Assembly (NCBI GenBank): GCA_028874795.1
Contig: JAPPHT010000008.1
Coordinates: 149,181-213,180, forward strand
Length of the DNA: 64,000 bases
Source of the DNA: Chloroflexota bacterium
GTDB taxonomy: Bacteria; Chloroflexota; Dehalococcoidia; Lucifugimonadales; Australimonadaceae
Reading direction: 5' to 3'
Every line of letters starts with the position of its first letter. The first letter of the stretch is position 1. The position numbers and the translations under genes were made by a program. This document shows, in pieces, positions 33,939 to 41,375 of the stretch. Below the pieces are notes generated by a model. The model did no database searches, had not been told where the DNA came from, and saw only the letters and a list, made by a program, of their open reading frames with translations.

Positions 33939-35717
33939 ATGACCACCAACGGGCGCATCAGCAAGGCCGAGTGGGGCTCCGACGTCATCGCCGAGACCCT
34001 GCGCGGCCTCGGCATCGAGTACGTCGCCATCAACCCCGGAGCGAGCTTCCGGGGCGTGCACGACTCGCTGGTCAACTACCTGGGCAACAAGCGCCCTGAG
34101 CTCATCCTCTGCCCACATGAGGAGATTGCCGTCGCCGTCGCGCACGGTTACGGCAAGGCCGCGGGCAAGCCGATGGCGGCCTACGTCCACAACGTCGTCG
34201 GCCTCCTCCACGCGACCATGGCCATCTTCAATGCGTCCATGAACCGCTCCGCCGTCCTCGTCCTCGGGGGCACCGGGCCTATGGCCGCCGACGAGCGCCG
34301 TCCGTGGATCGAGTGGATACACACCGCCAACGTGCAGGGCACCGCCGTGCGCGACTACGTGAAGTGGGACGACCAGCCCGCCAGCGTCGGCGCATCGGTC
34401 GAGTCCCTCATCCGCGCCTACCACGTCGCCACCAGCCAGCCCCAGGGCCCCGTCTACGTCTGCTTCGACGTCTCCACCCAGGAGGAGCAACTCACCGAAC
34501 CGTTCGAGATGCCCGACTTCGATTCCTTCCCCAGGCCCACCCGGCTCCAGGCCGACCCGGAGGCGCTCGACCTCGCGGCCGGCCTGCTCGTCGACGCGCA
34601 GCGCCCCGTCGTCCTCGCCGACTTCCTGGGTCGCTCGGAGGAGGCGGCCAACGGCCTCGTGCGGCTCGCCGAGATGCTCTCGCTGCCCGTCGTCTCAGGC
34701 GGTGACCTCTACAACTTCCCGTCCCGCCACCCGCTGAACGTCACCGGCTCAAAGCGGCAACTGCTGCAGGAGGCGGATGTCGTGCTCGCCCTCGACGTGT
34801 ACGACCTCCAGCAGTCGCTCACCGGGCAGGACTACCGCGCCCGCCAGCTACAGCACCTCATGTCCCCGGACGCGAAGCTCATCGACGTCTCCCTCCGCCA
34901 GCTCTCCGTCCGGAGTTGGGCGGCGGACTACGGCGGCCTCTACCCCACGTCCCTCTCCGTGCAGGCCGATACCGCGCTCGCCGTCCCCGCGCTCGCCGAC
35001 CTCGTCGAGCGCCGCCTCAACGACGGACCCGACCGTTCCGGCGAGCTCCGCGAGCGCCATGGCCGCATCGCCGCCCTGCACGACGGCGCGCAGAAGCAGG
35101 CGGCGGAGGTCGTAGCCCGGCGCTCCGGCGAGTCGCCCATCGCCCTGCCCTTCCTCGCGGCGGAGATGTGGGAGGTCATCAAGGACACGGACTGGGTGCT
35201 CGGCAACGGCAACCTCCGCGGCTGGACGGAGCGGCTGTGGGACTACAACTCGCCGCACCAGGTCATCGAGTCGCGCGGCGGCGGCGGGCTCGGTATGGGC
35301 TTCCCCCACGCCCTCGGCGTTGCGCTCGCGAACAGGGACAAGGGGCGGCTCACCATCAACATCCAGTCGGACGGCGACTTCCTCTTCACGCCTGCCGCCG
35401 TCTGGACCGCAGCCCACCACCGCGTTCCCATGCTCGCCGTTATGTACAACAACCGCACCTACGGCAACGACCTCGGCCACCAGGGCCTCATGGCAGAGGT
35501 GCGCGGCAGGCCGGACGAGCGAAAGACCATCGGCATCGACATCGACGACCCCTACGTGGACTTCGCCGGCATGGCGCGCTCTTTCGGCGCGTGGGCCGAG
35601 GGCCCCATCGAGGACCCCGCCGACCTGCGCGGCGCCCTGGAGCGCGCCAAGCGCGAGGTCGTCGAGAACGGCCGCGTCGCCCTCGTCGACGTCGTCACCG
35701 AGGTGGGCGAGCGGTAG
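33939..35717 (+). CDS. Thiamine pyrophosphate-binding enzyme (acetolactate synthase / sulfoacetaldehyde acetyltransferase-like)
   Basis: ATG at 33939 after AAGGAGGG. N-terminal TPP_enzyme_N pattern (…AINPGASFRGVHDSL…HEEIAVAVAHGYGKA). C-terminal GGGLGMGFPHALG…QSDGDF…NN TPP-binding motif. Confidence 0.8.
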   Translation: MTTNGRISKAEWGSDVIAETLRGLGIEYVAINPGASFRGVHDSLVNYLGNKRPELILCPHEEIAVAVAHGYGKAAGKPMAAYVHNVVGLLHATMAIFNASMNRSAVLVLGGTGPMAADERRPWIEWIHTANVQGTAVRDYVKWDDQPASVGASVESLIRAYHVATSQPQGPVYVCFDVSTQEEQLTEPFEMPDFDSFPRPTRLQADPEALDLAAGLLVDAQRPVVLADFLGRSEEAANGLVRLAEMLSLPVVSGGDLYNFPSRHPLNVTGSKRQLLQEADVVLALDVYDLQQSLTGQDYRARQLQHLMSPDAKLIDVSLRQLSVRSWAADYGGLYPTSLSVQADTALAVPALADLVERRLNDGPDRSGELRERHGRIAALHDGAQKQAAEVVARRSGESPIALPFLAAEMWEVIKDTDWVLGNGNLRGWTERLWDYNSPHQVIESRGGGGLGMGFPHALGVALANRDKGRLTINIQSDGDFLFTPAAVWTAAHHRVPMLAVMYNNRTYGNDLGHQGLMAEVRGRPDERKTIGIDIDDPYVDFAGMARSFGAWAEGPIEDPADLRGALERAKREVVENGRVALVDVVTEVGER

Positions 35718-35764
35718 GACGTGTACGGGCATCCCTCGTGGGTGCTCGAGGGAGAGGAGGGCCC

Positions 35765-36172
35765 ATGACAGAACTGAAATACATGCGGTTCGGCGAGCAG
35801 GCCCCTATCTCGCGGGGCAACGGCGCGATGACTTACCCCCTCGTCGGAGGGGCGGACGGCACGGACGCCTTCACCGCCGGCATCAGCCACTTCCCACCCG
35901 GGCTGAACGTGCCCATGCACTCGCACAACGTCGAGGAGATGGTCACTGTGCTGGAAGGCTCCGGTGAGTGCGAGATCGACGGCGTGGTCCGGCCCGTGGG
36001 CCTCTTCGACACCACCTTCATCCCCGGCGGCGTTACTCACTGCTTCCGCAACACCGGCGACGTACCGATGAAGATCATGTGGGTCTACGCCTCCACGAGC
36101 GTCACCCGCACCTTCGCCGACACCGGCCAGACCGTCGAGCACCTCTCCGGCGAGGACCTCATCGGACGCTAG
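35765..36172 (+). CDS. Cupin domain protein
   Basis: 135 aa: GLNVPMHSHNVEEMVTVLEG…FIPGGVTHCFRN (cupin motifs 1 and 2). Confidence 0.75.
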   Translation: MTELKYMRFGEQAPISRGNGAMTYPLVGGADGTDAFTAGISHFPPGLNVPMHSHNVEEMVTVLEGSGECEIDGVVRPVGLFDTTFIPGGVTHCFRNTGDVPMKIMWVYASTSVTRTFADTGQTVEHLSGEDLIGR

Positions 36173-36178
36173 GCTGCC

Positions 36179-37777
36179 CTACCCCCGCAGCCCGTCGAGC
36201 ACGTCGGCGGCGATGGCCGGCGTCACCCACGACTTCCACTCGTTCGAGCTGCGCAGCCACGCGAACGCAGCTTCGCGGTACTGGTCTTCACTCAACAGGA
36301 AGAAGCGGAACCGCGCCTTGGTTGCAAGCAGCTCGCTCAACCCCTGCCGGCTCAGCTTCCACTCCTTGAGGAACTCGAAGGCGTCTGCCGCTTCCTGCTG
36401 CACCTCGTTGCGCACGACCTTGATCGACGACGTATCGGGATAGGCGCACGCCTGGTTTATGTTCGGTGCTGTGATGTTCGACGTCAGCGTGTCCCAGCAG
36501 TTCTGCCTCCAGGCCGGTTCCACCAGCTGGTAGTACCCCCCGAACTGCTGTCTCAGTTCTGTTGCCAGCGCCGACGGCCACCAGTAGTAGAACAGGATGT
36601 CCTCCTGGTTCTCGAAGGCCGACCGTATCCGGTTGTACAGCGCCTCGGGGCTGCCCGGGTCCTCGAGTTGCACCCACTGCTCGAGCTCGTACCCGAAGAC
36701 CTGCTTCTCGTTGATGCGCTGGCACTCCCACGCCGAGATGCACGTGACCAGCACCGCCCTCCCGTCGCTGTTTGCGGTGGCGAAGATGCGCTGGGACTCC
36801 GGCCGCTTCAGGTCCTCCACGCTGTTCAGGCCTGGGTTCGCGGTCTTCGTGTACTGGGGGATCAGGAACGCGCTCTGGGACGAGAGGTCCTCGATGCTCT
36901 GGTTGAGCCTCATCAGGCTGCCGCCTCGCTCCGCTTCCTCTAGGACCGAGGCGTACGTCGGTAGTTCCACTGCCATGTGGATGTTCGTCGCCCTGTTGCC
37001 GAGGTTCCGGATCGACTCCATCTCGGCGCCCCGCACCGTGCGTGTCTGGTAGCGGTAGCCGTACTCCAGTATCGCGCGCGCGACTGCATTCTGGAGCTTC
37101 GTCGCCTCATCCCCCGGGTCGGAGAAGATGAGAAGCTGTCCGCCGGGTCTGGGAGTGGGTGTCGGAGGAGGCAGCGTTTGCGCCCTGCCTGAGGAGGACC
37201 ATTCGCCCGGGCCGCCCGGGTTCACCGCTCGTACCTGCACCTCGTACGTTGACCCTGGCATCAAGCCGTCTATCTCCACCTGCCTCGTCGTCTGCTCGGT
37301 GTCGGTAACCTCTCTCCAGTAGGCCGAGTGGATGTACGGACGGTACCGGTAGTCGTAGTCCGCCACGGGCTGGGAACCGGACGGCGCGTTCCACGTCACC
37401 ATGACCGTGTCCGTGCCGCGTTCCGTAACGGTGGGCGTGTCGGGGGGCAAAGGCGTTGGCGTCGGAGTCGGGGTGTTTGTCGGTGTCGGAGTTGGCGTGG
37501 GTGTGGGCGTGGGGGTGGGTGTTCCGGTGGGCGTGGGCGTCGGTGTCAGCGTTGGAGTCGGCGTCAAGGTCGGCGTCGGGGTGGGCGTTGGCGTCGGCGT
37601 CGGGGTCGGCGTGGGGGTTGGCGTCACGGTGGGAGTGGACGTGGGCGTTGGCGTCACGGTCGGAGTGGACGTGGGCGTTGGCCTCGCTTCGAATACCGGG
37701 ACGACGGTCGGCTCTGAGCAGGCCGAGAAGACGACCAGCGCCATGAGAGGGGCGGCGCCGAGCAGCGATCGGAACAT
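36179..37777 (-). CDS. Lipoprotein: Pro/Thr linker, fibronectin type III domain, OpuAC-like (glycine betaine-type) substrate-binding domain
   Basis: Lipobox VFSAC. ~80-aa (PT)n linker. FN3-like [11 protein letters not shown]…YDYRYR…[17 protein letters not shown]-terminal part resembles OpuAC/ProX SBPs (…LEYGYRYQT…, [12 protein letters not shown]). Confidence 0.6.
   Translation of the reverse strand: MFRSLLGAAPLMALVVFSACSEPTVVPVFEARPTPTSTPTVTPTPTSTPTVTPTPTPTPTPTPTPTPTPTLTPTPTLTPTPTPTGTPTPTPTPTPTPTPTNTPTPTPTPLPPDTPTVTERGTDTVMVTWNAPSGSQPVADYDYRYRPYIHSAYWREVTDTEQTTRQVEIDGLMPGSTYEVQVRAVNPGGPGEWSSSGRAQTLPPPTPTPRPGGQLLIFSDPGDEATKLQNAVARAILEYGYRYQTRTVRGAEMESIRNLGNRATNIHMAVELPTYASVLEEAERGGSLMRLNQSIEDLSSQSAFLIPQYTKTANPGLNSVEDLKRPESQRIFATANSDGRAVLVTCISAWECQRINEKQVFGYELEQWVQLEDPGSPEALYNRIRSAFENQEDILFYYWWPSALATELRQQFGGYYQLVEPAWRQNCWDTLTSNITAPNINQACAYPDTSSIKVVRNEVQQEAADAFEFLKEWKLSRQGLSELLATKARFRFFLLSEDQYREAAFAWLRSSNEWKSWVTPAIAADVLDGLRG
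37448..37684. repeat. Low-complexity (ACN-CCN)n coding repeat (Pro/Thr linker) containing a 30-bp tandem duplication
   Basis: 37621-37650 and 37651-37680 are the same 30-mer (GCGTCACGGT[G/C]GGAGTGGACGTGGGCGTTG) with one mismatch. Confidence 0.8.
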
Positions 37778-37935
37778 GCAGCACGCTGTCTCTAGGGACT
37801 GGGGTTAACAACAGTATACCGGAGGCTGTTCTGACACCCGCCCCTTCCGCGAACGGACCCTCTGCCCGTACCCTGTCCCTGTGTGCGATCGGTCGGAGCA
37901 CGACGCCAGGGCCCTGCCACGAGTGACGTGGTGCT

Positions 37936-38092
37936 GAATGTTGCGGAATGTTGCACCCGCAGCAGCGGAGGCCCTGCTCGTCACTCGTAACCTCGGGCAG
38001 CCCACGAGCGCACAGGACACGACAGCGGACAACATCCGCCCTTCAAGAGTGGAGCGAGGCCCGGCGTCGAGCGATATACGGGAGCAACATCC
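37936..38092. promoter_or_regulatory. Four copies of a 9-bp motif G(A/G)ATGTTG(C/T), two direct and two inverted, in the divergent intergenic region
   Basis: GAATGTTGC at 37936-37944 and 37946-37954. Reverse copies ACAACATCC at 38029-38037 and GCAACATCC at 38084-38092, the last ending 7 nt before the TGGTAGAAT box that starts at 38100. Confidence 0.4.
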
Positions 38093-38099
38093 GCGAGGC

Positions 38100-38108
38100 T
38101 GGTAGAAT
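38100..38108 (+). promoter_or_regulatory. Extended -10 element TGGTAGAAT, 9 nt from the ATG at 38118
   Basis: TGGTAGAAT-cccttgcct-ATG. Confidence 0.45.
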
Positions 38109-38117
38109 CCCTTGCCT

Positions 38118-39365
38118 ATGGCGCTTTCGAAGGAAGACAACGAGCTGCTCACGCGCGTGGGGCCGGGCGCGCCCATGGGCGAGCTCTTCCGTCGCTTCTG
38201 GACGCCTGTGCTGCTGGCGAACGAACTGCCCGAGCCGGACTCTCCACCCATCCGAGTGAAGCTCTTCACCGAGTTCTTCGTCGCCTTCCGGGATACCCAG
38301 GGCAGGCTCGGTCTGCTGGATGCCCGCTGCCCCCACCGCGGCGCCGACCTCTCCTTCGGCCTCGTCGAAGAGGGCGGCATCCGTTGCGGTCGCTGCTACT
38401 GGAAGTTCGACGTCGAGGGGAACATCCTGGATATGCCGCTGGAGCCTGCCGACAGCCCCCTCTGGACCGAGGTGAAGGCGCCCGCCTTCCGCATCGCCGA
38501 GTTCGGCGGCCTGCTCTGGGCCTACGTCGGACCTCAAGACGACGTGCCCGACCTGCCGGAGTTCGAGTGGACGCGCGTCGAGCCGGACCACCGCTACCTC
38601 TCCCGCTTCCTAGTCGAGTGCAACTACATGCAGGCTGTCGAGGGCGGACTGGACGCGGCGCGAGTCGCGGCCCTCAAGAAAGCGGGCGCGCTCGGCCCGG
38701 ACGACCCGATGGGAGAGGAAACTGCGCACTCGGTGCAGGCCCGTGAGACCGAGTACGGCCTACTGGTTGGCACGGCGGTGGAGTCCGACGTGCAAGAGGC
38801 GGAGATGTCGGTAGCCCAGTGGCTCATGCCGTTCTACACCACGCAGGCCTCCGGTCGGCAGAGCATCTACGAGGGTACAGCCTGGGCCCCGATAGACGAC
38901 GAGAGCACGATGGCCTTCGCGGTCACGTACAACCCGCGCAGGCCACTGAGCAGACGCATCCTTACTGAGATACGGCAGGGCAAGCGCATCCACCCGAAGC
39001 TTCAGGAGGGCATGTACCGCCGCGAGCGCAACCGCGAGAACGGCTACGTGCCGGAGGGGAAGGAGCGCCCCACCGACTTCGCATCCCGGTTCGAGACCTC
39101 CTTCGAGATGGCGCTCGCCTGCCAGGAGAGCATGGGCGCGATCGTCGACCGCTCCCAGGAGATGCTGGGCCCGAACGATGGCGCTGTCGAGGGCGCGCGC
39201 CGCATCCTCATGCAGGCGGCCGTCGACCTGATGGAGGGCACTATCCCCGTCGTCGTCCACAGGGGCGAGGCCTACCGCGTCCGCGCCTACGCCGCGCAGG
39301 TCGCCGAGCCGGACGCCTTTGACGAAGACGAGCGCGTCCGCAAGGGCATCGTCCCCGAAGTCTGA
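38118..39365 (+). CDS. Rieske-type oxygenase alpha-subunit-like protein (phthalate-family fold) with degenerate metal ligands
   Basis: CPHRGADLSFG…RCGRCYWKFD where canonical proteins have CxH…CxYHGW. CNYMQAVEGGLDAARVAALK where canonical proteins have CNW…E..D..H….H. C-terminal …ESMGAIVDRSQEMLGPNDGAV is typical of the family. Confidence 0.7.
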   Translation: MALSKEDNELLTRVGPGAPMGELFRRFWTPVLLANELPEPDSPPIRVKLFTEFFVAFRDTQGRLGLLDARCPHRGADLSFGLVEEGGIRCGRCYWKFDVEGNILDMPLEPADSPLWTEVKAPAFRIAEFGGLLWAYVGPQDDVPDLPEFEWTRVEPDHRYLSRFLVECNYMQAVEGGLDAARVAALKKAGALGPDDPMGEETAHSVQARETEYGLLVGTAVESDVQEAEMSVAQWLMPFYTTQASGRQSIYEGTAWAPIDDESTMAFAVTYNPRRPLSRRILTEIRQGKRIHPKLQEGMYRRERNRENGYVPEGKERPTDFASRFETSFEMALACQESMGAIVDRSQEMLGPNDGAVEGARRILMQAAVDLMEGTIPVVVHRGEAYRVRAYAAQVAEPDAFDEDERVRKGIVPEV

Positions 39366-39367
39366 CC

Positions 39368-39790
39368 GTGGCTGGCTACTCGGGCACACCGCTCCCCCGC
39401 AAGCTGGGCATCAAGGCGGGCGCCACGCTGGCCATTGAAGGAGCTCCGGCGGGTTTCGACGCCACGCTCGGCGAATTGCCGGACGGCGTCACCCGCGCAG
39501 ACGACGGCGAGGCCGGCGTCGACGTACTCCTGGCGTTCCACGTCAGCCGCCACGCGCTTGAGTCGATGTTCATCGACCAGGCGTGCCGCATCGCCCCGGA
39601 CGGCGGCTACTGGATAGCCTGGCCCAAGCGTGCGTCCGGTGTCCCGACCGACATCACCGAGGACGTCCTGCGAGAGGTCATCCTCCCCGCCGGGCTCGTC
39701 GACAACAAGGTTTGCGCGATAGACGATACCTGGTCCGGTCTGCGCTTCGTCGTCCGCAAAGAGCGCCGCGCCGTCTGGCCTGCCATATAG
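39368..39790 (+). CDS. DUF3052 family protein
   Basis: GYSGTPLPRKLGIKAGATLAI… N-terminus, characteristic of DUF3052. Starts (GTG) 2 nt after the Rieske-like gene stop. Confidence 0.65.
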   Translation: MAGYSGTPLPRKLGIKAGATLAIEGAPAGFDATLGELPDGVTRADDGEAGVDVLLAFHVSRHALESMFIDQACRIAPDGGYWIAWPKRASGVPTDITEDVLREVILPAGLVDNKVCAIDDTWSGLRFVVRKERRAVWPAI

Positions 39791-39912
39791 GGCGCCCACA
39801 AGGGGCGCCCCCACGCCAAGCCGAGGTTCACCCTCACCCCAACCCTCTCCCCTCGAGGGAAAGGGGGCCGGGCATGGCTGCGAGGTTCCTGCCTCCGCAG
39901 GAACGACGGACC
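39790..39912. repeat. Composite REP-like repeat block (three hairpin modules) between convergent genes
   Basis: Hairpin GGGCGCCC-acaag-GGGCGCCC (39790-39810). TTCACCCTCACCCCAACCCTCTCCC-ctcga-GGGAAAGGGGG module. GTTCCTGC-ctcc-GCAGGAAC module. 39881-39912 is the exact reverse complement of 52665-52696. Confidence 0.8.
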
Positions 39913-40797
39913 TCATAGCGATGCGATGGAGCGGAGCGGGCGGGTGGACTGGCGGATGCGCCAGAAGAGGTACTGGTTGGCGTAGCCGGCGTCTGCGCCG
40001 AAGCGTGCCCACGCCCACTCGCGCGCCGTCGCGTACTTCGCGTTCGCGGGCAGGCCGTACCACTCGCGCAGCACCTTCAGCACCCAGCGGTCGGCCGGAA
40101 AGGCCTCCGGCTTCTCGAGCGAGAAGAGCATCGCGCAGTCGGCGATCTTCTCGCCGACCCCGTGCAGCGCCGTGAGCGCGGCGAGGGCCTCGTCGTAGTC
40201 GGCCTCGCGCAGTGGCTCGAGCGCCAGCCGTCCGTTGGCGACGGCCTCCGCCGCCTGCGCCAGATACGGCGCGCGGAACCCGCAGCCGAGCTCGCGCAGT
40301 CGCGCCTCTCCGGCCTCCGCCAGTCGCGCGGCGTCCGGGAAGGCGTGGCGCACTGCGCCGTCGAGCGTCAGCCGCTCGCCGAACGTCGTGGCGAGCAGCT
40401 CCACCGTGCGGCTGATGCGGACCATGTTGGACGTGGACGACAGGATGAAGGCGGCGAGCGTCTCCCATGGCTCCTGGCGCAGGATGCGCATGCCGGGGTA
40501 CTCAACGATGCCCTTGCGCACGTTGTCGTCCCACGCGATGCGCTGCTGCACGGCGCGGAGGTCGTCGCCGATGCGGAAGTAGGCCCGCAGCGCGTGCGCG
40601 GTCTCGTCCGGCGGGGCAGGGGAGCTCGCAACGCGCAGGCCGCCGCGTGTGCGCTCGAGGCGGACGATGCTGCCACTCAGCACGCCGGTCCAGCGTCCCC
40701 GGTCGTCGACGCGCCATCGGAAGCACTGGCCGGACGTGAGCGAGCTCGGGAGGTCGAGCGGCTCCTCTATCCGCATCGTGATACTGGCGTGGCGCAT
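39913..40797 (-). CDS. ogg: 8-oxoguanine DNA glycosylase / N-glycosylase-DNA lyase (OGG1-type HhH-GPD)
   Basis: LTSGQCFRW N-terminal OGG_N motif, MRILRQEPWETL, LTALHGVGEKIADC (HhH-GPD), FPADRW. Confidence 0.8.
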   Translation of the reverse strand: MRHASITMRIEEPLDLPSSLTSGQCFRWRVDDRGRWTGVLSGSIVRLERTRGGLRVASSPAPPDETAHALRAYFRIGDDLRAVQQRIAWDDNVRKGIVEYPGMRILRQEPWETLAAFILSSTSNMVRISRTVELLATTFGERLTLDGAVRHAFPDAARLAEAGEARLRELGCGFRAPYLAQAAEAVANGRLALEPLREADYDEALAALTALHGVGEKIADCAMLFSLEKPEAFPADRWVLKVLREWYGLPANAKYATAREWAWARFGADAGYANQYLFWRIRQSTRPLRSIASL

Positions 40798-40819
40798 GGT
40801 GTTCCTGACTACTCTTTTG

Positions 40820-40828
40820 TGCTATGAT
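40820..40828 (+). promoter_or_regulatory. Extended -10 element TGCTATGAT upstream of the PaREP1-like gene
   Basis: TGCTATGAT 67 nt before the ATG at 40896. Confidence 0.4.
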
Positions 40829-40895
40829 ACCGTTGTAGGGTGACGGACCGGGCCCGGGACCCTGCCGCGATCTTCAGCGAAGGCATCAGGCTAAC

Positions 40896-41366
40896 ATGAC
40901 ACTGGCATCTGACAGCCCCATAGAGGAACACGCGGTCCACAGAGACCGGATGCTGGAGCACGCCCGCAAGATGGTTGCGGAGGGAGACAGGCTGCAGGCG
41001 TCCGAGAAGATATGGGGCGCAGCCGTTCATGGCATAAAGGTGATCGCGGACGAGCGGGGCTGGCCGTACTCGCGTCATCAGGACGCGGGAGTGATCACCT
41101 CCTACATCGCGGAGCAGACCGGTCGACTGGAGATCGATACCTTGTTCAGCGCCGTTCGCGACATGCATACGAACTTCTACGGCGACAGGCGCACACTGAA
41201 GGAGATCGGCATCGCTATCGAGCGGGCTGAGCAATTTCTCTCTCTGCTGCACGAGGCGCACTTGCTCATGCCCCCGGACCTGCCGATGCCCAATCACCCC
41301 GAGTACCGGAAGCGGGTCAGGCAGGACGCCAGGCGCGCGGCTGCCGCCCGCACCGAGAATCGCTGA
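40896..41366 (+). CDS. PaREP1-family (HEPN-like) protein
   Basis: …AEGDRLQASEKIWGAAVHGIKVIADERGWPYSRHQD…LFSAVRDMHTNFYGD… closely follows the PaREP1 pattern (aSEKlWGAa..avKa.A..rG…H….lHtNFY). Confidence 0.7.
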   Translation: MTLASDSPIEEHAVHRDRMLEHARKMVAEGDRLQASEKIWGAAVHGIKVIADERGWPYSRHQDAGVITSYIAEQTGRLEIDTLFSAVRDMHTNFYGDRRTLKEIGIAIERAEQFLSLLHEAHLLMPPDLPMPNHPEYRKRVRQDARRAAAARTENR

Positions 41367-41375
41367 GCGCCCTCC

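Noticed and set aside
38118-39365. Calling the Rieske-like gene a pseudogene because its metal ligands are lost.
   Set aside because: The reading frame is intact over 415 codons with normal GC3 bias, a promoter box and a tightly linked downstream gene. There is no frameshift or premature stop, so I annotate it as a CDS with degenerate sites.
39287-40468. 393-aa and other Arg-rich ORFs overlapping DUF3052, the repeat block and ogg (also 41317-42438, 47668-49167 and 62610-63986).
   Set aside because: They are out of frame with, or antisense to, genes that have clear signatures. Their composition is dominated by Arg, Ala, Gly and Pro, and part of the sequence is repeat-derived.
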